From Octopus vulgaris (taxonomy: Eukaryota), in the NCBI GenBank assembly GCA_951406725.2, contig OX597820.1:105958001-106022000 (forward strand): a stretch of 64,000 nucleotides of DNA, written 5' to 3'. The notes beneath the pieces were generated by a model. That model searched no databases and was not told where the DNA came from. It saw only the letters and a program-made list of their open reading frames with translations. A program made the translations under genes and the position numbers. Of the stretch, positions 52,991 through 64,000 are shown piece by piece. Every line of letters starts with the position of its first letter. The first letter of the stretch is position 1.

Positions 52991-55900
52991 CAATGGTGGT
53001 GATGGTGAAGGCAATAACAATAACTGATAATGATGATGATGAAAACCTTATCAATGTAGCAGTCGAGTGGTTTGTTCTTTTGAGCTGTCACAAATAGAAA
53101 TTTGAATGACAGATGCCTGGCCATACTAAAAATACTTGATAACACCTATCAATATGTATCCAAGCAATGTGAAAAGATGTTAATACACAGTATATCAGTA
53201 AGATGTACTTTTCTATGACAAGTGAGGTACAATGTAATGCACCTTTCTTCAACTACCTAAGTAACTTTACAGACCCCATCGATTACTATGAATGTTTTAC
53301 CTACTTTGGACACAAAAGTCAAAGATTATTTCTAGTATATCAGGCAAGTTTTCTTTTACTGAAAATCTATATAGGGTCTCATTTCATTGATTTTTTTAGA
53401 CATGTCTCATGAATCCTTGACTGACAATTCAAGGCTGCTTTAGCTGTGGTACAAACTCTTCCACTGTTATTTTCTAGTTTGTGTTGCCTTAAGTTATTGG
53501 ATGAAATCAATATGTTGTTATATGAACACTTTGCAGGAAACCACTACTTAATAATTTAAATGGGTTTCTGATCAGTCATTTTCTTTGAGTCAATTTGAAT
53601 ACATTTCTATAAAACAATCTGAAGGTAACTTATCTTCAATTCATAATAGTCCTTGACATGTACAAAACTAATGATTATGTATACACACGCTTGTGAACTG
53701 GTTGTGAGTCCAGACTAGATGTGAATCAGAGGTTCAGTTTCAAACTTTTCATTAATTACTTTCTGTAATCAATGCTAAATGCATATGATGTATATATGGG
53801 TTACTTGTATATTACAGTACGTGATGTGCTTATAAGTAACAGAATAGAATAAAACAACTAAAACAATTTATAAAAATGGTAATTCTTTTCCAAAGATCCC
53901 TTCATTTGCCTCTTACAGAGGGAGTAGAGTACCCTCAGAATCGAAGGTCCCAAGACACCTGGCCCACTTAGCTTCTCTCCTCTTCTCTTGTAGCTTGTGT
54001 ATATATGCAACATCTGTTAGATACATTCTCCTTCCTAAGGCAATTTAAAATTTTTTGTTGAATTCATATTACTGATTCCTACTGCCCTCATTCTGCCTTC
54101 CTAAAGTCCCAAACTTAACCTTTTGCTTTGAAAGAAATACATTTGCTTTGAAAGAAATACAGAAACCAATTTAAGCTGGAAATTTTTTAAATACTTTGAT
54201 ATGGACTTAGAGATATAAATAGAAAAAAAGACAAAGTGAGCACTAGTAAGAACTGAAGCTCATATTTCTTTAGTTTATCATTTATTTGTTAAACTCCTGG
54301 TCCTTTTGTTAATCCTCAGACTGGTTATAACTATGTATATAGGTGCAGGCATGAGTGTGTGATTATGAAGTTTGCTTCATAACCAATGGTTTCTGGTTCA
54401 ATCTCACTGTGTATCCCTGAGCCAACCAAAGCCTTGTCAGTGGATTTAGTTGTTAGGAACTGAAAGAAGTCCATTTTGTATGTTTATGTGTGTGTTAATA
54501 TATATATACATCAGTTAGTGTGTTTTGAAAGTTACTTAGTAACCTCACTAGTGCCAGTGGTATGTAAAAAGCTTCCAGCACACTCTGTAAAATGTTTGGC
54601 ATCAGGAAAGACATTGAGCCATAGAAACCATATCCAATAGACATTGTTGCTCAATGTAGCCTTGCAGCTCATAGGGCCCTGTTAAACTGTCCAACCCATG
54701 ACAGTATAGAAAAGGAACATTAAATGATGATGATGTATATGTATATATATATCATGAGATGTTTTTGTGTTTACTTGTTGTGGCATCACACGATGGTTGT
54801 AAATGAGTGTAGTTGTCATATAAGCAGTGTCATTTGTTTCCAATTTTCTGTGAAAGTATAGGGAAATATTACCTTGCTTGGAAACAGGAAAGAGTTGGCA
54901 ACAGAAATGGCTTTTGGCCATAGAAAACCTACCTCACTGAATTTCATCTGATCCATTTAAGTATAGAAAAGTAAATGTAAAAAGGATGATGATGAGCATG
55001 AATAAAATAATGAAATTTATGTTGCTGTTTCGAGGGAGTTTTTTGCATTCTCTCTACATAGAAGAGATTCAGTCTTTGTGGTTGATATTCTCTAACAAGT
55101 ATTGTACTACATCATTGCCTCACTAAACAAAGCACTTAATACATGAGAGCTTAGTCCAAATAGCTATAAAGAAATCATCATGCAGTAGTAAGACAAAATA
55201 ATGTATGAGCGTTGCACCGATCCTCAAAGCTTTACTGTTTAGATTTTGTTTTAATGTTAACCAATAAAAATTCCTCTGTTCTTTGTTCTTTTATGGAACG
55301 ACTGGCATTGCACACATAATTGCTTCCTTGCTTTATTAATAACTGGAGACTTGTTGGTGGTTGAACAATAGGTGCTGGACTACTAATCAAGAGATTAACA
55401 GTTCTTAGTCCAACACCAGTACTCTAACCCTATCAGTCTACTAGACAGCAAACAGTTGCCATCAATCTGTACAATGGTAAGAAGCAGCAGAACTGTATTT
55501 CCTTGTTATACTTCTCAGTCATCACACCATTCTATGAACATTCACTAGAATCTCTTATACTTCTCTCATCATCTAAGACCTGACAGTAAAGGTTAGACTA
55601 TACATATAGTTTACTGACAAGATCTGATAAGACTGAAACATGTCTATGGTTGTCATCTCACTGTCAAAGATAAAATTCACTCTCCACTACATTTTAAACA
55701 AATTAATTCAAAGGCAGAGGCTACATTGTTAACATGTTGAACAAAATATTTAGCAATATTTCTTTTTCTGGTTCATTGTGTTCTGACTTCAAATTCAGCC
55801 AGGGCCAACATAGCCTTCATGTTGATAGAATAAATACCAGTTGGGTACTGGGGTTGATACAATTGACAAACTTGCTGGCCTTGTGCCCAAAATTAGAGTC

Positions 55901-57116
55901 AGTTATTCATTCAGTTTTGTACCTGTTTTTTCAAGAAGGTATGCATCAGATGAAACTTGTTGAGACAGTTTTCTCTATAGCTGGATGCTCTCACTGTTAC
56001 TCACACTAGCCCAATATTTTTTATTTTCCACATTCCATACCTTGCTACTTCACATTGTACTATACATTGCAGGACAAAATCACATGTTATCATACTCAGT
56101 ATGGTTACTCAACCTGCCAGGAATAACACCCAAATAAATAAAAAGCTAATGATGAAACGCCCTTGAGCATGAGTCTGCTTGATGAAAAAAGACCAGAGAT
56201 AAATAATGACAACAACAACATACTACAATGTAACATGCTGTATTGCACTCAAACCACATTAATGTATACTATGCCATACTGCCATACCACCACACACAAT
56301 ACTATACTATGCCATACACAAACACATGTATATATAAATTTGTGTATTTATGTATATGTGAGTGTATGATGTATGTTAGCCTGTTTGAGAGTTATGAATG
56401 AAAATACACTCATATGAATTTTAGTGTTTATATATGAATGCTTGCATAAAAATGTTTTTTTGATGGAAGTATATGTGCGTTAATTATGTACACAAGTGTA
56501 TATATATGCACATGTATTTGTGTGTGTATATATGTGTATGTGAACATATATATGTATATATGAGTATGACATGAAAAGGCTTGCATGCTATATGTGTACA
56601 TTACAAATTAACTATATATCTTCAAACATCAGCCACTCCCACAATTAAATTACTTAAGCTTAAATTCTTTATATATTCACATCCCCAAATCTCCAGGATA
56701 ACAGGCCACTGGATTAGTCAAAAACTGTTGGTCTCTGCTTGTAGTAAATATTTCTCTTGATCATTTCTTATCAAATGCACACACACATACATTATAGTGA
56801 CAAACTCCTTGAACAATTCTCAGAAACCCATGGATATTTTTTAATAGAAATCAATTGTCTGATTCCATAGATTTCATACAAATATATTTGCAGTTATTCA
56901 ATCAGAGTTTGGACAATGAATGATGGTATAAAATGGTGGAGTTGTCATCTTATCCAAATTAGATTCAATGACTACAAGTACATTTACACAAAACCTATGG
57001 TATCAGACTGTTGAATTGTATCAGAGTATCTCTCTATCTATCTGTGTGTCTGCCTGTTGGTATGTATGCATGTATGTATGTATGTATGTATGTATGTATG
57101 TATGTATGTATGTATG

Positions 57117-57151
<35 letters not shown>

Positions 57152-57285
57152 ATATATATATATATATCTGTCTCTCTCTCTCTCTCTCTCCTTATATATA
57201 TATATATATATATAATCTTTTATACACATAAAATACACACAGATATAGATATGTATATAAATTTATAACAGTTTGAATAAGCACC

Positions 57286-57402
57286 ACGGTACTTAAAATT
57301 TATTGGATGTGGGACACAGTCATTTCATCAGCTGTTTAAAGAGTGTCTCTAAACATCTGATGAGGTGGATGTGTCTTGTGTTCACAAAGCTTTAAGTAAT
57401 GT
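57286..57402. ncRNA. Back-to-back pair of degenerate hammerhead motifs in a short foldback
   Basis: Plus 57353-57402: acat CTGATGA ggtggat..gttcac AAAG CTTTAAG TA atgt. Minus 57286-57337: acag CTGATGA aatgac..taaattttaag TA ccgt. Confidence 0.55.
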
Positions 57403-58129
57403 GAAGTACAGACATTTATTTATTAAATAAATGACACTCCAACCAGATATGTTAAGTGTTATTTTCTTTCATTTGGTCACTCACTGATGCACACACACAC
57501 ACACACAAGCACACACATACACACACACACACACACTCACAGATAATTTGTTAGGTAAATAGTTAGATACATTGATAGACTGGCAGACAACAAAAAATAT
57601 TTCTCTTCTTACTCCATGCAGAGTCCATAAAGTGACTCAACATACTTTGGAAATTTAATATGAGCCCAACCCATACGCTGAGAGGTACAACAAAAGCAGT
57701 TGTATTCAACACAGTTCATTTATATCCTGTTTAAAGTTTATTATATTTTCAAATATCAATAAAACAGACAAGATAAATAAAAATATACCTAAAATAAAAA
57801 GAAAAGAAAAAATTCATACATGAAAGCTTTTTCAATGAGTCTTTTTTATTTTTTTTATGAAAAGGGCTTATCACTTGAAAAATGTTTATTTCCCAGTAAC
57901 TCATAAAAAAAAACAAAAACATCATTATCAACATCATCATCAGCAATAAAAGTTAATCTTTTGATTTCAACAACTAAAGTCAAACATAGCCTCTAAACTA
58001 TATAATGTTATAGTATCTTTGCGGAGAGAAAATCTCTCAAAAGGTTTTCTAATAAAAAAAAACAACACATTAAATAGACAAATAGATATATAGATACAGT
58101 AATAACGTATGTCATTATTTCTTCCTATC

Positions 58130-58320
58130 TTTGCCTGTGGCAGAATGTACACCAACATGAGATATGCCTCCATAGTATTTGATCCTTGGCATAAGCATTC
58201 AGAGCATGCTCCACTCCAAGGTTGCTAGGGTGAATCCCTGGTCACATCTGTCATGCTGATGTGCCCTCCTGGTTACCTGTTGAGGGTCTTGAAGTGGCCC
58301 CCACTGATCTGAATCTATGT
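58130..58320 (-). mobile_element. Old RTE LINE 3' fragment
   Basis: Minus strand: DVTRD/HPSNLGVEHALNAYAKDQILWRH resembles the RTE C-terminal A.DR..WR motif. Confidence 0.4.
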
Positions 58321-58511
58321 TATTGGACTTAGCTCATGTTAGTTTTATCAGCTATACTTTTCCATGCTGACTTAGGGCATGTTGGAAAATGACATTAATT
58401 TAGGGGTTTCCCTTCTCCTAGATTGATTGCTTTCATCACAGCTAAGGACCTCAATCTGTTTAACCCATAGATGAGATCCTGATGTAATAACTCATGCTTT
58501 CATTCTTCATG

Positions 58512-59005
58512 CATTCTAGCAGATTCAAACATGAACATGTATGCTAATCACTCTTGCATTTTGCCATTGAAGAGTTGCTTCTTTCAGATGATGTATGTTC
58601 ACCACACACTCAATCTATTGATGTAAAGTGACTTTGAGGCACCATAGCATTTCAACCTTGTTGTGTCTCTTCAGTCAAAGCTACCCTTGGGGCAATGAAT
58701 CTTAACCAAAATCCTGATTCTTGTTTACAGAATTTACTGAACAAATTATTTGCTGATATCTGTTAAACATAAAATGAATTGTAATGTGCAGAGTGAAAAG
58801 TGATAATCAAAACAATGACATTGTCATTTTTAATACATTATGGTAGATTCAAACATGAATATGCTGATCACTGTTGTATCTCATCATTGGGAAACAACTT
58901 CTCCTTTCAGATGATGCATGTTCATAACACACTTGATTCATTGAGGTCAGAAGACTATAATTTACTGTGATGTTTTGATCTCATTGTGTCTCACTTCAGT
59001 CAAAG
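58512..59005 (-). repeat. Diverged direct repeat (58512-58680 / 58836-59005, period ~325 bp) bearing decayed hammerhead motifs
   Basis: Shared agattcaaacatgaa..ctttcagatgatg.atgttca..ttgtgtctc..ttcagtcaaag. Minus 58632-58680: ctttga CTGAAGA gac..gtt GAAA tgctatggtg CC tcaaag. Confidence 0.6.
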
Positions 59006-59617
59006 AAGGCATTTCAAATGACTTGCTACTCTATGAGTGTTTCTTTCAACTGGAATATAAATTTTCGTTGAACTGGTCATAATACATCATCTATTCTATT
59101 AATCCTAGAAGAAGGAAAGAATAATTAACCACATCTTGATATGAACTTAGAAAGGAAAGAGAGGAAGCTAAATATTATAAAAGCTTTAGCAAAAAACACA
59201 GTCTAGAATGCTAGTTTGACCTAATCTCCCATCTTATTAACCTTAGTGTTACTGTATTTCTGTTGAAATACCCTCTCCTTATTTCAATTAATTTTGAAAG
59301 TAAAAAAGGATGTAGTGAAAATAACTGTCATTATTAAGCTGGTGTTTGGAATATAAATGAATATAAAATTTTGATGGAAAATTTTAATTTAGTTCACTTT
59401 AAAACAAGAAGTTGGTGTCATAGATCTAAGAATCATCTCAAGCAGGCTGGTATCAAAAGGGTTAATAATGGTTTTCCATGATGGATGGCACAAGGTTCCA
59501 AATTTGTAAAAGAAAATCACAATGGGCTGACTGGTTCCTTGTATATTACTGATATTTTATTGGCTGCGGAATAATGAAAGATAAAACTAATCCTTGCTGA
59601 AATTTAACAACTACCCT

Positions 59618-59666
<49 letters not shown>

Positions 59667-59799
59667 TTACTTTTTACTTGAGGTATAAGGCCTGAAATTT
59701 GTGGTGAAAGGGGCTAGTCAATTATATCGACCCTAGTGTTCAACTGGTACTTATTTCATTGACCCCAAAAGGATGTTAGGCAAAGTTGAGCTTGGTGCA

Positions 59800-59965
59800 A
59801 TAATAATAAAAATAGAGACTGAGGGATATTGGAATTGAGACATGTATTTGCTGAAAAGGGTCAGCCTGTATTCCGCCAGAATTCTAAGAAAGATTCTCGA
59901 GATTTCAGATTATTTTCACTCAACCTCAAGACAACAATCTCTGCTAAAGCACCATTTATAACTTT
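59800..59965 (+). mobile_element. R4/Dong-like LINE 3' remnant beside (TAA)n
   Basis: LRDIGIETCIC ... SARILRKILEI resembles the TARILRKVL C-terminus of R4/Dong elements, which target (TAA)n. Confidence 0.4.
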
Positions 59966-61117
59966 ATAACAATAATATTATTATTACCATTATTATTAAG
60001 GTGGCAAGCTGACAGAATTGTTAGTGTGTCAGGCAAAAAGCTTAGCAGCATTACTTGCAACTTCTGTTTTGAATTGAAATCCTGCCAAGGTCAGCTTAAC
60101 CTTTCACCCATTCAAGGTTGATAAAATAAAGTACCAGTCAAGTACTGGGGTCCCTAGTACTCAACTTGCTCCCTCCCTTCAAAATTGCTGATCTTGTTCC
60201 AAAACTTAAACAGAATTATTATTATTATTACTACCACTTTTGTTGTCTTTTATTTATAAAACTAACAGCAACAGGTTTGGTTACTATTTCTGTTTATTTG
60301 GTTTACTTTCATATATTTTCTCTCCCCCTCTTTATTTTGAATACCTCTTACCTCCACTCATGTTTATTTTTGATTGTTTACTTTCTTCTTGAATACTATT
60401 TTAATGTCTGAAATCTTAGGCAGTACATGAAACAATTGTTCTATTTTGTTTTTGTCCATTTTTTGAATTCCAAGTGTCAGCTTAACCTAATAAATTTTGT
60501 GTTTTCTGTTCAGTTTTTTTTTTTTTGTATGTTGAGTCCAATTTGTTTGAAAAGGATTAGAAATAATTCCATCAAAGAAAGCAATATTACTTTGCTCTAA
60601 ATAGTCTCTTAACCAAAAAGAAAAGTAACAAAGAAACAAAAGATTAACAAGAAATATAGTAAAAATTATTGTTTTATAAAGATTGGTTATTAGTTGAGTT
60701 AAAGTCTTGTAAGACTTGTTAAACATATGCTAAGTTGGCTTGGAATTTTCTATGGGGAGAGATTTAGTCAAATCCCCATTGTGTTCATGTCTAATTAGCA
60801 CTTCAGTGAATATTTTAAGTCTTACACAGAAAAAAAAATCATGATGTAATCTCATGTTTATATGCAAGCATTCTTTAGTAAAGCACTTTGTAGATATTGA
60901 TTGATAACATTGGCAGAGAATATATCTAGGATTTATTTGATTAAACCTGGAGAGATGAAAGACAAAGTCATGCTTGCCAGGGTTTGAACTCATAATGAGG
61001 AATGTGACAAATGTACTTTAATATTGATGACGGGTAAGAGTTTAGCATACATATTTGCTTTTCTATTACATGAACTTTATAATTATTAAAATGATAAATA
61101 TATATGATATGCATGTG

Positions 61118-61148
<31 letters not shown>

Positions 61149-61169
61149 GTATGTATATATGTATATATG

Positions 61170-61200
<31 letters not shown>

Positions 61201-61259
61201 GCATATGATGTGTACCAATATATGCATATGGTATACACCAATATATGCATCAATATATA

Positions 61260-61313
<54 letters not shown>

Positions 61314-61356
61314 CACACACACATATATATACATATATATATATGTATATATGCAC

Positions 61357-61636
61357 ACATTCATACAATATAGTATTATGCTTCTATATCAATTGATTTA
61401 CTATTTGGTTTCATACAAGAAAGAGTTTCAACACTCATCAGAAGGGCTGGTAGGAGAAAAATGGTGCACAACTCCTTTCATGAATGCTGAGAATGATCTC
61501 TTTCCCAAATACTTGTGTATGAAACAGACTGGTAAATTGGCTGAAATAGTACTACAATATTGTATAATGTAAATAATTAATATACCCTCTGTATTGATAA
61601 ATGTACAAGTATCTGTTTTTTCTGATTCATAAATTC

Positions 61637-61640
<4 letters not shown>
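61357..61640. mobile_element. Foldback PLE-type element (arms ~61357-61419 / 61513-61570, tail to 61640) with a degenerate hammerhead at 61396-61444 (-)
   Basis: Minus strand: tt CTGATGA gtgtt..gtat GAAAC caaata GTA aa. Flanked by (TA)n. Confidence 0.5.
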
Positions 61641-61726
<86 letters not shown>

Positions 61727-61727
61727 G

Positions 61728-61801
<74 letters not shown>

Positions 61802-61806
61802 GTATA

Positions 61807-61868
<62 letters not shown>

Positions 61869-61896
61869 CACACATTTATATATATATATATATACA

Positions 61897-62110
61897 TATT
61901 TACAAGCAGTTAAATATATGTCTGGTTGTAGAGTGACCAATGGTTTTGCATCCACAAAGCACTAGGCTTTATAGACGGCTGGTCAGGCACAATGGCAGAT
62001 GCATATCCTTCTGCGAAACCATTGGTCACTCTATGACCAGACATATACTTACCAGCTAGTAAATACATTGCTACTCTATTCTTTAGAGTTCCATTTTGGT
62101 GGAACTCTTA
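61897..62110 (+). mobile_element. Foldback PLE-type element (arms 61897-61950 / 62012-62065) with the 3' half of a hammerhead
   Basis: gcaga..tctgc GAAAC CATTG GTC actc (61995-62031). 5' core missing. Left flank is (TA)n. Confidence 0.6.
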
Positions 62111-62461
62111 GTCAAAGCTATGAATAGTAGCATGCAAATATTGGCTTAACAGAAGTTTACAGAAGTTGTGGGTTCAAGTTCTATGAGCACCTTTCAACTT
62201 TTTCCATCCAAAGATATTTTTAACCCAATATTTACATGCTATTATATTATATTATATTTGGGTTCCACAGATAAAAATAAATTATTTCAAATCTCCCAAG
62301 TTTCTAAATTCTTGGGACATAAACTGTATGTATGTATGTATGTATGTATGTATGTATGTATGTATGTATGTATGTATGTATGTATGTATGTATGTATGTA
62401 TGTATGTATGTATGTATATATATATGTATATATATATATATATATATGAATATATATATAT

Positions 62462-62871
62462 ATCATCATCATCATCATTATCATCATCATCATTTAACAT
62501 CTGCTTTCCATGCTGGCATGGGTTGGATGGTTTGACTGAGGACTGGTGAGCCAGAGGCTGCACCAGGCTCAATCTGATCTGGCAAGGTTTCTTGAGCTGG
62601 ATGCGCTCCCTAACGCCAACCACTCTGAGAGTGTAGTGGGTGCTTTTTCGTGCCACCGGTACGAAGACCTATCAGGTGGTTCTGGCAACGATCACGCTCG
62701 GATGTGCTTTTAACATTCCACTGGTAAGAGTGCCAATCAAGCAGTACTGTCATCGGCCACGTCAGCAATTTTGATTTGTTTTCACTTGCCTTAATAGGTC
62801 TTTGCAAGCAAAGTTCATTGTATAATGAATGAAGGGTACTCATAAGTGGGTCGGTTACACCCCACATTCGG

Positions 62872-62872
<1 letters not shown>
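62462..62872 (-). mobile_element. Non-autonomous (GAT)n-tailed retroposon, reverse orientation
   Basis: (cat)n ttaacatctgctttccatgctggcatgggttgg..gctggatgc..taacgccaaccactc. Same family as 9895-10268. Confidence 0.65.
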
Positions 62873-62967
<95 letters not shown>

Positions 62968-64000
62968 GTATGTATCTAATGTATGTATTTTATGATAAAT
63001 ATGTAATCTATTGTCAGTACTGAACTGATAAAATTTTGAAAAAGCAACATTTTTGTAGAGATAACTTATAGTTATTTCAATTGATGTTCAGTATGTAGCT
63101 GGTATTTGAATTTATCAATGTTCACCCATCCACCTCAGCAGCAGAAATACAAAGTTCTCCTTGATGAGATGTGAGTTTAGAACTGAGAATGATGGAAGTA
63201 AATTACTTACTAGCATTAAGTTGAATGTTCTGCTGAGCACTAGGTCTGTTAACATTAGCATTGTTGCTTAGGCAATATTTGTAAATTGTTAAAATAATTT
63301 CTTTACACTAGGCATTAAGATCAATATATGGATAGTGAATAATCTTTTCAACTGACCCTAGTAGTTATTTCATGTAACAGGATGCGATTTGGAGTTGAGG
63401 AACTGCAGGAGGCATAGAATGCATTTAGCTTGATATCTTAACTCAACTATTAACCATTTTACTGTTTTAGTAAATATGAATTTCTTTTTTTGGCTAGAGT
63501 CAAAGATTAGATACTTTAGGATATGGTGGAAGTGGGATATTGTGATGTTGATGAGTTTCAGAAATCTATGTGAAGTAAAACAATTCAAATTACATCATAG
63601 TTTTTACTTATTTGGAAATTATTTAGTTATTTGGCTCATTTACCGCAATCCTTTGTTTTGATATAAATATTACATTTAAGAAAAAGATACAACTATAAAA
63701 TTTGAAATAAGATAAATATAGGCACAGGCATGGTAAACAGCTTGCTTCCCAACCACATTGTTTTGGGTTCAGTCCTACTGCATGGCACCTTGGGCAAGTG
63801 TCTTCTACTATAGCCTCAGGCCAACCAAAGCCTTAAGAGTGGATTTGATTGACAGAAACTGAAAGAACCCTATCGTATATATATCTATGTATATATATCA
63901 GATTGGAGCCTGGTGCAGTCTCCCAGTCCTCAGTCAAATTAACCAACCCATGCTGGCATGGAAAGCAGACATTAAATGATGATGATGATGATGATGATGA

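Overview
AT-rich, microsatellite-dense eukaryotic DNA. The repeat landscape (tRNA-headed SINE families, RTE LINEs, maT/mariner transposons, (TA)n/(CA)n/(TACA)n/(GAT)n tracts) points to an octopus or other coleoid cephalopod genome; this is inference. The only host coding sequence I can support is two phase-compatible + strand exons (4189-4388 and 11493-11686) of a PDZ-LIM/Zasp (ALP/Enigma) gene carrying the ZM motif. Nearly all ORFs in the supplied track are microsatellite artefacts or transposon fragments. The most striking hidden structure is a set of more than 10 loci built on one plan: a foldback inverted repeat, often a short unpaired tail, inserted in (TA)n or (AAT)n, and carrying type I hammerhead ribozyme motifs (stem I - CUGAnGA - stem II - GAAAC - tiny palindromic stem III - GUH). 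Two loci also retain Penelope-type GIY-YIG endonuclease remnants, identifying the set as Penelope-like-element (PLE) derivatives from several distinct families. One is a perfect 2x342-bp palindrome (47979-48666). At least two hammerheads (12943-13031 minus, 30735-30818 plus) have intact catalytic cores. All coordinates were read by eye and repeat boundaries are approximate.
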